Below are positions 36,079-48,037 of a stretch of DNA of 64,000 nt, piece after piece. The notes beneath the pieces were generated by a model. The model saw nothing but the letters and a program-made list of their open reading frames with translations, ran no database searches and was not told the DNA's origin. The position numbers and the translations under genes are program-made. Positions within the stretch are counted from its first letter, which is position 1; each line of letters begins with the position of its first letter. The DNA is from Octopus sinensis (lineage: Eukaryota): contig NC_043010.1 of assembly GCF_006345805.1 (NCBI RefSeq), positions 6,014,001 to 6,078,000 on the forward strand. Direction: 5' to 3'.

Positions 36079-36574
36079 TCATTTATAATTCAGGAAAGAA
36101 ACTATAAACACAGAATAACCAATTCTAATTTCAATGTCAGTAATTTTGAGGGGAGAAGTCAAGTCAGTTATATCACTCACACTCCTTGACTGGTACTTAT
36201 TTTATTGACCCTGAAAGGATTAAAGGCAAGGTCGATCTTGACAGAATTTGAACTCAGAACAAAATGAGTCGGAAGAAATACTGTGAAGCATTTTTTCTGT
36301 TGCTCTAACAATTCTCGCATTTTACTACTTTTGATATGGCAAAAGAATAAGTTGCAAATTTAAGTGACTTAGGCATTCTTTTTTAATAGCTAAGATTATT
36401 AAAATGACTGATAGGCATAGCAGGGATTAGTGAAATAGTTTCACTGGCACTGCACCAAGAGAATCTCTCTCTTGGAAATGGTATTATCATGGAACAAAAT
36501 CAGGGAGTGTTAGCAAGATCAGCCAAGTCTGATTCCACTAGCTGAACTACTTCCTCTGAAGTATATACATATAT

Positions 36575-36746
36575 ATATACTTTATTTAAAAGCAGCAGAA
36601 ATATAACAAAAGCTGTTACTTAGAGTTTCGCGTTCCCGTTCGTCAGACAGTTTTGTTAAAATTTTAACAAAGCTGCCTGATGAACGGGAACGTGAAACTG
36701 AGTAACAGCATTTGTTATATTCCTGCTGCTTTTAAATAAAGCATAT
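36575..36746. repeat. ~170-bp imperfect palindrome centred at 36661/36662
   Basis: The left arm ctttatttaaaagcagcag...ttttgttaaaa is the reverse complement of the right arm ttttaacaaa...ctgctgcttttaaataaag, apart from scattered mismatches and one 2-nt indel. Confidence 0.9.
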
Positions 36747-36818
36747 TACTCTACCTCTGGTATTTAAGTACTCTTTTTTGCCACCTTCCACCTTGTTTCA
36801 CATTTATGAGCTTACTCC

Positions 36819-36853
<35 letters not shown>

Positions 36854-39031
36854 GAGCACTGTCTGTTACGACAACGATGGTTCCAGCTGATGCGATCAAC
36901 GGAACAGCTTGCTCGTGAAATTAACGTGCAAGTGACTGAGCAATCCACAGACACGTGTACCCCTAACGTAGTTCTCAGGGAGATTCAGCGTGACACAGAG
37001 TGTGACAAGGCTGGCCCTTTGAAATACAAGTCCAACTCAGTTTTGCCAACTGAGCGGACTGGAGCAACATGAAATAAAGCATCTTGCTCAAGGACACGTG
37101 TCACCGGGAATCGAACTCACAACCTTATAGTCATGAGCTGAATGCCTTAACCACTAAGCCATGTGCCTTCACACAAACACACACACACACACATATATAA
37201 GGAACAATTTCATTCCCGGGCAATGTCAAGTGCCTCTGCTAGTATCTATCTATCTATATATATATATATATAGCACTTAAGTATAGCTACATTAAAACTA
37301 GCTGTTTGGCCTCAATTTACATACACTTGAAAATAAAATGTCAGTCGAATACTAGATTGGAATATGCATTAAGGAACTGGACTCTCCTAGTCATTTTCAC
37401 TGGATTACAGCTGTTTTTGCAACAGGAAGCAATACACTCAGAGCTGAGTGTTAATGGGAAATCCTGTTGCTTCTTGGGAGCACTAAAAATTGAAAAGTAT
37501 ATAATTACCATCTCTGTATAGAGATGGTAATTATACACTTTTCAGAATCGTAGTTTTTGCTCGCATCTCAACTACAAACTGTTGACCCGACATCAGGATA
37601 TTTTCTTTTGTTCAAGTGAACCTCTAGGATTCATCTTCACTTTGAGCTCGTACCTAACAGAATATGCATTCTTCCTTCAAATAATCTCCTTTGAAGCAAT
37701 TCCCTCTCACCAAGTCAACTGTCAACGTTTTGCCAATAATTTCACATCGGAGCATTTCCGACATGGTGTCCGTCTTCATCTTCCTCACTGGTTCTTCCCA
37801 TGCAATCACCACTCTGAGCATGTGCAGTGGATGTGCACGCCAGATCTCAACAGTTTTCTATTGCATTCACCTGTCTCGAATTTTCCATGTGGCTGGACTT
37901 TGACAGCCATGCAGAACAGCATTCTCATCAACACCACCAATACCACCGCCACCGTCTCAGCCTTTGTACCTGACTACAACGCAAACACCACCACCACCAC
38001 CTCACCACTAATCTCGACTCGTTCCTGCTCCATCTTGTGTACAGCAGCCGGATTTGTGGCCTTATACAGCAAATTCCAGTCACTCTGAGCACCTCACAGC
38101 TGGACAGCACTTCAAAAAGCTTCGTAATCAGAAATGTGACATTTTGTTCACCAACCAGGCATTTAACAGCATTCATTGGAACAATTTCAACAAACTGAAC
38201 ATTCTGCATGTATCTCATCATGAGCTTTTCTCTTCCAATTTCTTCTCTACTCAGCACCTCACCTTGTACACTCAGTCTTAGATGCTCAACTCTTGCTGAA
38301 AGTTACTGTATCAGACTTTGCAATTGATGTTGCTTCACAATGCTTTCAGAAGTTACACTTGCACATTACTTTACTGCTCAGTGTTCATGCATACATACAC
38401 ACATACATGCAGTCTGCCTCATGCTATCCAATCTCACATTTCTAGGTTTATTCCAGCTGAATGCTTTTCTCAAACCTTTCTCATCCGGTAAACAAGCTCC
38501 TTACGTGTTTTTGCCATATGTCGCTTCTCTGGTTTGTAGGACGCACAAACCACCTCTTATAAACGCATATATTTTTTCTCTTTGCATCACGTAGCATTCC
38601 ATGCACTTTCTTCCTCTGGCACCTGATCAACACCAAGTCTCTTGCATGTCAGAACTTCTCCCTTTTGCCACCATCCTTATGGCTTGACTCGCTTCGCTAG
38701 TCACTGTCACTTTTCTGGCACCTACAGCCTTGCCTCTGCAAACAACTCAATGTTTTGCAGGCAAAATCTTGGCACTGCTTATGTCTCAGCAGCCAACATT
38801 GCACGCTCTTACACCTTGACTTTTGCATCCTGTGATTTCCAGTTCCCTGGACATTAGCTATCACGGTTGCACATCAAGTTTCACTGGCTCTGTCTCACAG
38901 AAACCACCTTCCCGGGCAGCAAACTAAGAAGAACTTCCTTCAGCTTCCTTTTTGTAGTATATGCTGCATTCACCTTACTCTGGACCTTCTTGTGTACTAT
39001 CACACTCACACAAAAATTATCTAGAACTATG

Positions 39032-39433
39032 TACTCTCTTTACTCTTTTACTTGTTTCAATCATTTGACTGTGGACATGCTGGAGCACCGCCTTTAGTCG
39101 AGCAAATCAACCTCAGGACTTATTCTTTGTAAGCCTAGTACTTATTCTATCGATCTCTTTTGCTGCACCACTAAGTTACGGGGACATGAGCACACCAGCA
39201 TCGGTTGTCAAGCGATGTTGGGGTGACAAACACAGACACACAAACACATAAACACATATATATATATATACGACAGGCTTCTTTCAGTTTCCATCTACCA
39301 AATCCATTCACAAGGCTTTGGTCGGCTCGAGGCTATAGTAGAGAACACTTGCCCAAGGTGCCATGCAGTGGGACTGAACCCAGAACCATGTCGTTGGTAA
39401 GCAAGCTACTTACCACACAGCCACTCTTGCGTC
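39032..39433 (-). mobile_element. SINE family A, full copy
   Basis: Reverse-complement match to family A. Confidence 0.8.
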
Positions 39434-39763
39434 TACATTTAACTTTGTATTACAACACAAACTGTTTGTTATTTCTTTTTCAAAGAAAGTTATTCACAAA
39501 CATTGTTCCTCTGCTTTTTTCCACATTGTATTTTTCATTTTCCATGTTTTGCATTTAGTTTGATGTGCATAGCTGTGTAGCTAAAGGCTTACTGCACCAA
39601 ACTCTGCAATTATGTTCAGTATCTATCATGATGCAATAACATGCTTTTTCTATTTTACTACCTGTTTTCAAGAACATGTTTCTGCTACTTCATTTTGCTT
39701 CGTATCTGCCCTGGATCGCTACAATGGTTCTGCTTATCAACTGTCTGTCTAAGAGGGGAGTGA

Positions 39764-40228
39764 TGTAGTGACCCCTGGTGGCTATGACAGCAAACAAAAC
39801 TAAAAAAGGGATGTTACGAGAGTAATCTCCCTCAAGCTTCTAGAATTTTTGAGATTCTTCTAGAACTCCTGGTTTTATGTGAAAGTCGGGGACTTCCTGT
39901 CCATCCCTATATAAAGGAAAGAAATTCTAATTTGCACCATTCAGTGCATGTTGATTCTTCAATGTGTACTGGATCAAGCCACCACACTCAAGCCCACTGA
40001 TTCACCATTCTTACTTGGAGACATGTGACTGCAGACAGAATACATTCATGTTATATTATAAGATTCTTTCAACTAACCTTGTATGTGAACCTATTATCTG
40101 CAATAAAAATTATGACTTATTACAAGCGCCTTGTGTATTCTATCCTCTTGTTGTAATGAGTAGATACAGTCATTTCCTTCCTTCTCATACTGACTAAATT
40201 ATAGTGTGTCATTAAGTGAATGCTACCA
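39764..40228 (+). mobile_element. Probable LTR fragment in the first intron of gene 4
   Basis: Polypurine tract AAGAGGGGAGTGA lies immediately before TGTAG, with internal TATATAAA and AATAAA and a possible ..CA end at 40228. No partner LTR in the window. Confidence 0.4.
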
Positions 40229-40878
40229 CCATGGTGTTAAGTCCCCATGGAGGGGTCTTTGTAACTTGCAAGAAGATGAAATTTTAGAAATATTACTTCA
40301 TTTTTTTCTAATATCTATGGTTAAAATTTCATCAACAGCAAAAATATATGAATTGTCATGGGGGTTATGGCCCTTATGCATAGAATATAATTTCCAAATT
40401 TCATGAAGATCCATTCAGTACTTTTGACCTATTTTTGGATCATAAAAGAAATGACTAAACTTTGGGAGTTAAGGCCCACATTAGGGTGTTTTATATATAT
40501 GTATACACGTGCACACACACAAAGATAAATTGATAAATACAACTGAGTGGGCAAACAAAAATATGAGACACGGAGTTGTTAGCATTAGGAAATGCATCCA
40601 GATCAGATTGGAGCCTGGTGCAGCCTCCTGGCTTGCCAATCCTTAGTCAAACTGTCCAACACATCCCAGCATGGAAAGCAGATGTTAATCAATGATGATG
40701 ATGATTTATACACACACGCACACACACACACACCATCTCAAGCTTAGGTATCCAAGACCAAATACACAATGACATTCTCATACTGTATTATTAATTAATA
40801 TTAATTAATATGTAACTTGGGTTATTAATGATATGTATAAATTAGCAGAAGTAAAAACTGTTAAGTAATTGATAACAA

Positions 40879-41074
40879 TGTCCCCCTAGCATTGCTTGAC
40901 AACCGATGCTGGTGTGTTTATGTTCCCGTTACTTAGCAGTTCGGCAAAAGAGACCAATAGAATAAGTACTGGGCTTACAAAAAGAATAAGTCCTGGAGTC
41001 GAGTTGCTCGATTAAAGGCGGTGCTCCAGCATGGCTGCAGTCAAATGACTGAAACAAGTAAAAGAGTAAAGAGT
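40879..41074 (+). mobile_element. SINE family A, 3' half
   Basis: Matches the 3' half of 41176-41608. Confidence 0.75.
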
Positions 41075-41175
41075 ATATCACAGTAATTAGTAAGGCACAT
41101 GATACAAATGCATTTATATAATGAGAATATAACTAAGATGAATTTAATTAGTTTGAAATTATAATATTGAAATGT

Positions 41176-41340
41176 GGCGCAGCAGTGGCTGTGTCGTAAG
41201 TAGCTTGCTAACCAACCACATGGTTCTGGGTTCAGTCCCACTGCGTGGCATCTTGGGCAAGTGTCTTCTGCTATAGCCCCGGGCCGACCAATGCCTTGTG
41301 AGTGGATTTGGTAGACGGAAACTGAAAAAAGCCTGTCGTA

Positions 41341-41407
<67 letters not shown>

Positions 41408-41608
41408 TTGTCCCCCTAGCATTGCTTGACAACCGATGCTGGTGTGTTTACATCCCCGTCACTTAGCGGTTCTGCAAAAGAGACCGATAGAATAAGCACT
41501 GGGCTTACATAAAGAATAAGTCCTGGAGTCGATTTGCTCGACTAAAGGCGGTGCTCTAGCATGGCCACAGTCAAACGACTGAAACAAGTAAAAGAGTAAA
41601 AAGAGAGT
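41176..41608 (+). mobile_element. tRNA-derived SINE family A, full copy
   Basis: tRNA-like head (A box gtggctgtgtcgta, B box ggttcagtccc), central (TA)n(TG)n, and a (GAGTAAAA)n tail. At least six near-complete or large copies occur in the window. Confidence 0.8.
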
Positions 41609-41713
41609 TACTTTTTTACTAATATTCTTTTTCTCCAAATGATAAACTGAGAAATATTACTAAATGTTTAAATCACAAATATACACAAGAAATAGCTTGT
41701 AACGAATACTTAC

Positions 41714-41905
41714 CAACAGTTGTCTGTTGTTTAAGCAGTTGTTACTGTTGCAGCTGGAGTTCCGAGCAGTTTGATGTGTGAAAGTATTAAGTAGTTCTAC
41801 CAAGTTCGTTGTGTAGTATGTAATATGTGTCGTAGCCAATGACAAGCTGTCTATTATTCCAATGCAAGGAAACAGAAATACAACCTCCAGTTCTTGCAGT
41901 AAATG
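41714..41905 (-). promoter_or_regulatory. Conserved promoter cassette + leader exon of gene 4 (about 35 nt shorter, TGACTCA lost)
   Basis: agCCAATgacaagctgtc...ttCCAATgcaaggaaac from 41834; donor at 41714/41713. Confidence 0.78.
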
Positions 41906-42046
41906 ATAGGCTGTCCACATACACTTACGTATCCGTGTTGTAGGTGTATATAAAATGTACGTAAATGAACAGTGAAGAACGATGGTTAGCTAGAATTTCA
42001 AGGATAGGCAATAAATTCTGTTTCGTTAATAGTATTGAATATATAT

Positions 42047-42442
42047 TACTCTTTACTCTTTTACTTGTTTCAGTCATTTGACTGCGGCCATGCTGGAGCA
42101 CCGCCTTTAGTTGAGCAAATCGACCCCGTACTTATTCTACCGGTCTCTTTTGCCGAACCGCTAAGTGACGGGGATGTAAACACACCAGCATCGGTTGTCA
42201 AGCAATGCTAGGGGGACAAACACACACACACAAACACACACACATACACATATATATATATATATATATACATATATACGACAGGCTTCTTTCAGTTTCC
42301 GTCTACCAAATCCACTCACAAGGCATTGGTCGGCCCGGGGCTATAGCAGAAGACACTTGCCCAAGATGCCACGCAGTGGGACTGAACCCAGAACCATGTG
42401 GTTGGTAGGCAAGCTACTTACCACACAGCCATTCCTGCGCCT
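42047..42442 (-). mobile_element. SINE family A, full copy, inverted
   Basis: Reverse complement of 41176-41608. Confidence 0.8.
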
Positions 42443-42789
42443 ATATATATATACATATTTTAAGAATAAAATATTTTATGACTTAATTAAAAGTGTTCAG
42501 GATCAAATATTTTGAATTTCTCATTAACACTACTTAGTGTCTGTAATAAAATGGTGATAACATTTCTAGGAAGTATTATTGATGTATTTCGTTTTTGGAT
42601 TTGGTTTGCAAGATTCTTTATATGAGTTTGTGTGTTGAAGCATATTCTGTTGTGTCTGGGGAGGGTCATTCTCTTTTAGTGCCTTATTATTTAACACACT
42701 CACCGGTAAAATTTCCACCTTTTTTCTTATTTTTATTTTCCTAAAATTTTCGTTGTGTCTTGCAACCTTTTCAATAGTCTTCACTCTGT

Positions 42790-43300
42790 CCCTTATTTAC
42801 ACTGCGTTCCTTTTTGTTTGTTTGTGCGCATGTGTGTGGGCCAGTGTGTGTGTGTCTATACATGCATACATGTACGTATGTATGTATGTATGTGTGTGTT
42901 TGCATGTGTATGTATATATGTGTGTGTATATGCATATGTACATATGTATGTCTGTGTGTGTGTGCATCTGTATGTACGTATCCTGCATATTTATGTGCTT
43001 GCATGTTCGTGTTCGTGTATTTTCTATGTATGTGTGTGCGAGAGCATGTGTTTGTATATGTATGCACCTCTGTCCCCTTGTGTGTGCATGTCTGTGTGTG
43101 TGTGTGTGTTATGTAACTATGTACCATGTTTGTATGTATGGATGTGCATCTTTATATGTGTGGACCCATGTCTCCATATGTGTCTGTTCTTGTAGCCTAT
43201 GTACCTATCCATCTGTATGTTGATCTGTTTATTTTCATATCTATATGCTTACATACAGAAAAAAAAAAAGGGGGTGCATATACACACACATACATACATT
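42790..43300. repeat. Complex (TG)n/(TA)n/(TATG)n microsatellite tract
   Basis: Directly visible low-complexity tract. Confidence 0.9.
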
Positions 43301-43369
43301 TATCTACCTAACAGTCCACTAACTATTCTACTCTACCTGTGTAAACTGTGGGTATGGAGGTATGGTATT

Positions 43370-44480
43370 TACTATGTATATTTCTTATTTAGTATTGGGG
43401 AGGTTTCATTTATAAGGACGTACTCCCGTATTTGTCTGAGTGTTGGGTCTTTTGGGTGCTTGGATAAGATGCAGATGTCAAGTTGACCCAAGTTACCTCC
43501 ATGGTGGTCTTTGGCATGTTGGTAGAGTATGGAGGACTGTTTTTTGTTGTCATATTGTCTCAGATGTTCATTTAGTCTTTCAGCTATGCTCCTAGATGTC
43601 TCTCCTATGTACGTCATGTTCATGTCTTTACAAGCACATTCTATGCATCTTATGCAGTAGACTACATTTCTAGCTTTACAGTTAATGCTAGGGCTAATTC
43701 TACATACCATGCAGTTATCATTGGTGCATATTGTATTCTTAAAGGGGCACATCCTACATAGTTGTTATCTGACGGAGTTCCCTGGCTTTTCAACAATTTA
43801 AATGTTGAGTTTGGTCTCCTTCAGAGCTTTTCTAAATCTACAGGCTAGTTCTCCATGGGCTGTGGCCTCTACAAACATCACTCCTTGATATTTGTCAGAT
43901 TTATACCACGTGTTCACCCTGTTTGCTTTGTCACAAGTTCTTTGTATTCTATTCCATTCTTTGTTTCTATATCTAGGGCAGGTACCACTGGTATCATTAC
44001 GTATAATGTTATCTAACTTCTTTCTAGCCCCCCTGAATACTCGAACCCTATCTTTCTGATCATATCCAGAGAACTTCATGCGGTGCATGAAGTTCTGTAT
44101 ATGTTTTTTTCATTTCATAGGGTTCGCATAGTGGGGACACATTGTTCATTATTCTAACTAGGTCTGCTATCAGTATGTTAATTTTCATGTTGTGTGACAA
44201 AGCTGAGTTCTTGTGAACAACATATTTTGAATTTACGGGTTTCATGTAATAAGAGTGTCGGAGCTGCACTCTATGGTTCACAGTCTCTAACCAAAGTTCA
44301 GTATCAAGTACAGGGAGTCTATTGTTAGGGTGCTTAGTGGGGTAATCTATAGTTTTCTTGATACTTTGGTGAATGGAGTTAGCTATTTGCTGGATGCTCT
44401 CCATTACGTTCTTCTCAGTCTCTACATTACCGTCACTAGAGTTGGTCCTAACTATGATATTAATGTCATCTACATATCTA
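43370..44480 (-). mobile_element. 5'-truncated Penelope-like retroelement (RT C-terminal half + GIY-YIG endonuclease)
   Basis: RYVDDI at 44479-44462 is in frame with LPVLD...YYMKP...HKNSA. Downstream lie a Cys-rich linker and NVVYCIRC...YIGETSRSIAERLNEH...HAKDHH...RQIRE (GIY-YIG). Frameshifted. Confidence 0.85.
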
Positions 44481-44516
44481 CTGTAGAGTAGAAGAGTTGT
44501 GGACTGTTTTGCTAAT

Positions 44517-44592
44517 TATACACGCAGGTTCAAGGTGCGGCCATTGGTGTAGGTATAGCTGGAGATGGCTGCACCTTGAACCTGCGTGTATA
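44517..44592. repeat. 76-nt hairpin: 28-bp stem (one mismatch) and 20-nt loop
   Basis: tatacacgcaggttcaaggtgcggccat (44517-44544) versus atggctgcaccttgaacctgcgtgtata (44565-44592). Confidence 0.9.
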
Positions 44593-45863
44593 GTTTTTTT
44601 ATTAAACTTTACTATGTGGTTTTTCAAGGTGGTTTTTACGCTGGCCCCTATTGCACATGCAATCATTTCCTTCACCTGATTGTTGTTCTCAGGGTTTTGG
44701 GTGGGTGCGGTCCAGCCACCCCAGCACTCTGTGGTGCTTTTCTTCACTGCTGAAGTGATGGTGGGTGGTCTTCCCCTCTGTGACCTGGTGGGGCAGAATT
44801 TACTAAGGTCATGGTCATCTAAATAGTTATTGTCATAGCATAGTCTGAGGATTCAACATATCTTAGCATATTTTTCACAATAAACATAGTGCGTTCCAAA
44901 CAGTTTTTATTCCAACAAATTGCTGCCTGTGGTTGTATGGGAACACGCTATTATTGCTGCCACTTAGACAATGCAGTCTCAAGTCTACATCGTGTCATTG
45001 TGCTGGATGTAAGGGAGACAATCGATTTCTGAAAGTTACTTTGCAAAGAATTACCTCCTTCACCACAGTAGTCATAAATACCATAAGAAAGGGGGTTTTC
45101 TGTTCCCAAGAGGTCCCATTACATCTTATGTGAAAAATGTTAAGGGTCTAAAACAATCTCTTGAACATAAGTAATGTATGTTCCCAGTTTGGAGAAAATC
45201 AGTTGCGAACTTCAGAAGTTATGTAGTTTTGCACTCACACACACTTAGTAAGTTTTATATATATATATATACATAGACACACGCACGTGACAGATTTCTT
45301 TCAGTTTCTATCTACCAAATCCACTCACAAGGCTTTGGTTGACCCTAGATTATAGAAGACACTTGCTTAAGGTGGGAAACAGTGGGACTGAACCAGGAAC
45401 CTCGTGGTTGGGAAGCAAGCTTCTTACCACACAGCCATGTCTGAAAAAGGTTTTCAAAAGGAAAATATGTTTTAACCTAACATTTACACACTATCATTTA
45501 TAGCTTTGTCATCTGCTTCAAGATCCACTGTTCCAAAAATAAACAAAAAAGAATTATTTCACTTTCTCTTATGACGTCAACAATTTACTATTGAATACTT
45601 TTGACAAACATTTTAAGAGGATTATCTTTTCTGAAGAAGTATTTCTCTTTAAATCTCTAAATTAAAGTAGTCTTTGTCGTGAGGTTGAGTATTTAATACC
45701 AGTAATTAATATCGAATGAAATTCTATTCATGCTATTTAATATCATATGTCTTTTATACTTTAGTTTATTTTGACTACAGATAAATAGGAAAAAGTAATT
45801 AAAACTGATAATATTCCTATATTATAATTACATGCAATAAATATTGATTATTCAATCTACAGA

Positions 45864-46033
45864 AGGCGCAGGAGTGGCTGTGTGGTAAGTAGCTTGCTAA
45901 CCAACCACATGGTTCCGGGTTCAGTCCCACTGCGTGGTATCTTGGGCAAGTGTCTTCTGCCATAGCCCCGGGCCGACCAATGCCTTGTGAGTGGATTTGG
46001 ATTTGGTAGACGGAAACTGAAAGAAGCCTGTCG

Positions 46034-46076
<43 letters not shown>

Positions 46077-46308
46077 ATGTGTTTGTGTGTCTGTGTTTGT
46101 TCCCCTAGCATTGCTTGACAACCGATGCTGGTGTGTTTACATCCCCGTCACTTAGCGGTTCGGCAAAAAGAGACCGATAGAATAAGTACTGGGCTTACAA
46201 AAGAATAAGTCCCGGGGTCGATTTGCTCGACTAAAAGCGGTGCTCCAGCATGGCCGCAGTCAAATGACTGAAACTAGTAAAAGAGAGTAAAAAGAGAGTA
46301 AAGAGTAA
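45864..46308 (+). mobile_element. SINE family A, full copy
   Basis: Same head, body and tail. Confidence 0.8.
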
Positions 46309-46992
46309 GATAAAATATGCTAGAGGATACGGGTATGGAAGGGGCACAGGAGCTGAGGACCATTATGGAAGATGGAGATGAATGGGGGAAACATGTGGAA
46401 ACAGTTATGGAGCATCCCATGGGACGACCTAGACGAGATGATTGACGTGTATATTATTATTATTTCATTGTTCTCTTAAAGCTGATAACTAAGCGTTTTG
46501 TAATAGCTATAAATTGGTGATACCTAAGGTATTGAAGATACTGTCTGGCAGTGTTGTTACTTTAGGTACATCTGGTGGAGGTGGATTACTGTTTGAAGTA
46601 AACGGACTTGTCATTGGTACTGAAACTGGTTGTTCAGTTAAATTCCATGTGGTACCAGGTATTTGGTCAGGATAACAGGTCGTGTTTATGTCAGCGTTAT
46701 GTTGATAATATCTGTTATTGTTATCTCCCTGTGATCTGTTCAGTGTAGGTGAAAGTTGATTTCTCCTGTTCCATGTAAGTTCACCTTGGTAACGGCACAG
46801 GTCTGGAAAGAAACAAATAATTTATCAATCAAAGAGTTCACTATCTAGAATGTATTTCAGACAAACCAAAATGATGCTGTTTTACTAAATTGGTTCTTTG
46901 TAGCTAAAATTTTAATATTTTTATAATTTAGTGGGAAAATGTCTGTATATTTATATACATTGCTCATAATAGTGCTGAATATATTGAAATAT

Positions 46993-47260
46993 GTGGAGAC
47001 GCATGGCTTAGTGGTTAGTGTGTCAGTTCCATGATCGGATGATTGTGGTTTCGATTCCTGGACTGGGAAACGCGTTGTGTTCTTGAGCAAAACACTTCAT
47101 TTCACGTTGCTCCAGTCCACTCAGCTGGCAAAAATGAGTAACGCTGCGATGGACTGACATCCCATCCAGCTGGGGAACACATACACCATAGAAACCGGGA
47201 AAACGGGCCCATGAGGCTGGCTAGGCTTTATAGGGGTGCATTTATTTATTTATTTATATT
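46993..47260 (+). mobile_element. tRNA-derived SINE family B (related copies ~36850-37170 and ~52770-52900 on the minus strand)
   Basis: ggagacgcatggcttagtggttag...ttcgattcc...cttgagcaaaacactt...ctccagtccactcagc; (TTTA)n tail. Confidence 0.65.
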
Positions 47261-47816
47261 GAAATATAGAAAATGAACTCACTTTTAAACTAAAAAGATG
47301 GACAATCAGTTGATCGAATTAATGTTTACATCTTTGGTGTTATAATTATATCAATCTCTTATTTAATATTCATTTCTACTTTTGACCTCCTAGTATTGTT
47401 GGAGATATATAACATACATCTTAACAATATAGAAATATTCAACATTTCTAACTTACCTGGCAGTTCCTCATAGTGTCCAGCATTACTGGCACTCCAGTCA
47501 TGACCACTATCAGTGTGAGATGACAATGTTGACATCTCACTGAATTGGTCAACACTGTTTAGGTCTCTGTAACCTGGGGACATGCTTTCTTCTCTTGGAA
47601 CAAACATCTAAAATTATAAATTTAGTGGATCTTCATAATGTTCTGGACATTCAAAAATGAAAATATAAAATATAAACCAGAAATTAAAATAGCAACAAAC
47701 CATCAATTGGAATATTAATTTCTAAACTATGGTACAAGTCATAGGCTAAAAAGTTGAGCTCTAACATAGACACAAAACAGTAATCAGAATATTTGAACCA
47801 ATCATAGCATATTTAA

Positions 47817-48037
47817 CCCTTTAGCATTTAAACCGGCCATATCCGGTCAAAAGTATTCTGCCTATTTTATGTTCAAACTGGCCAGATCTGGTCTCTCACA
47901 CCAAACCTACAATATCGTTTTAAAAATTAACAGCGACCTCATCAAAATCTCATAGCTCCAAGATAATGCATGATTAGTTCAAAACAATGTGGGTAAAAAA
48001 GCATTAATTTTGGCAGAATAATGCGAACACTAAAGGG
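47817..48037. mobile_element. piggyBac-type MITE
   Basis: TTAA|CCCTTTAG ... CTAAAGGG|TTAA: terminal inverted repeats with a TTAA target-site duplication. Confidence 0.75.

Noticed and set aside
37540-39000. GC-richer intronic insert, possibly a retrotransposon gag relic
   Set aside because: Only vague motif hints and no continuous frame; needs a tBLASTn/Dfam search before any call.
41176-41250. tRNA genes
   Set aside because: The tRNA-like A/B boxes are SINE heads followed by SINE bodies; I found no complete cloverleaf.
42753-43311. Cys/Val/Tyr/His-rich ORFs
   Set aside because: Translations of TG/TA microsatellites.
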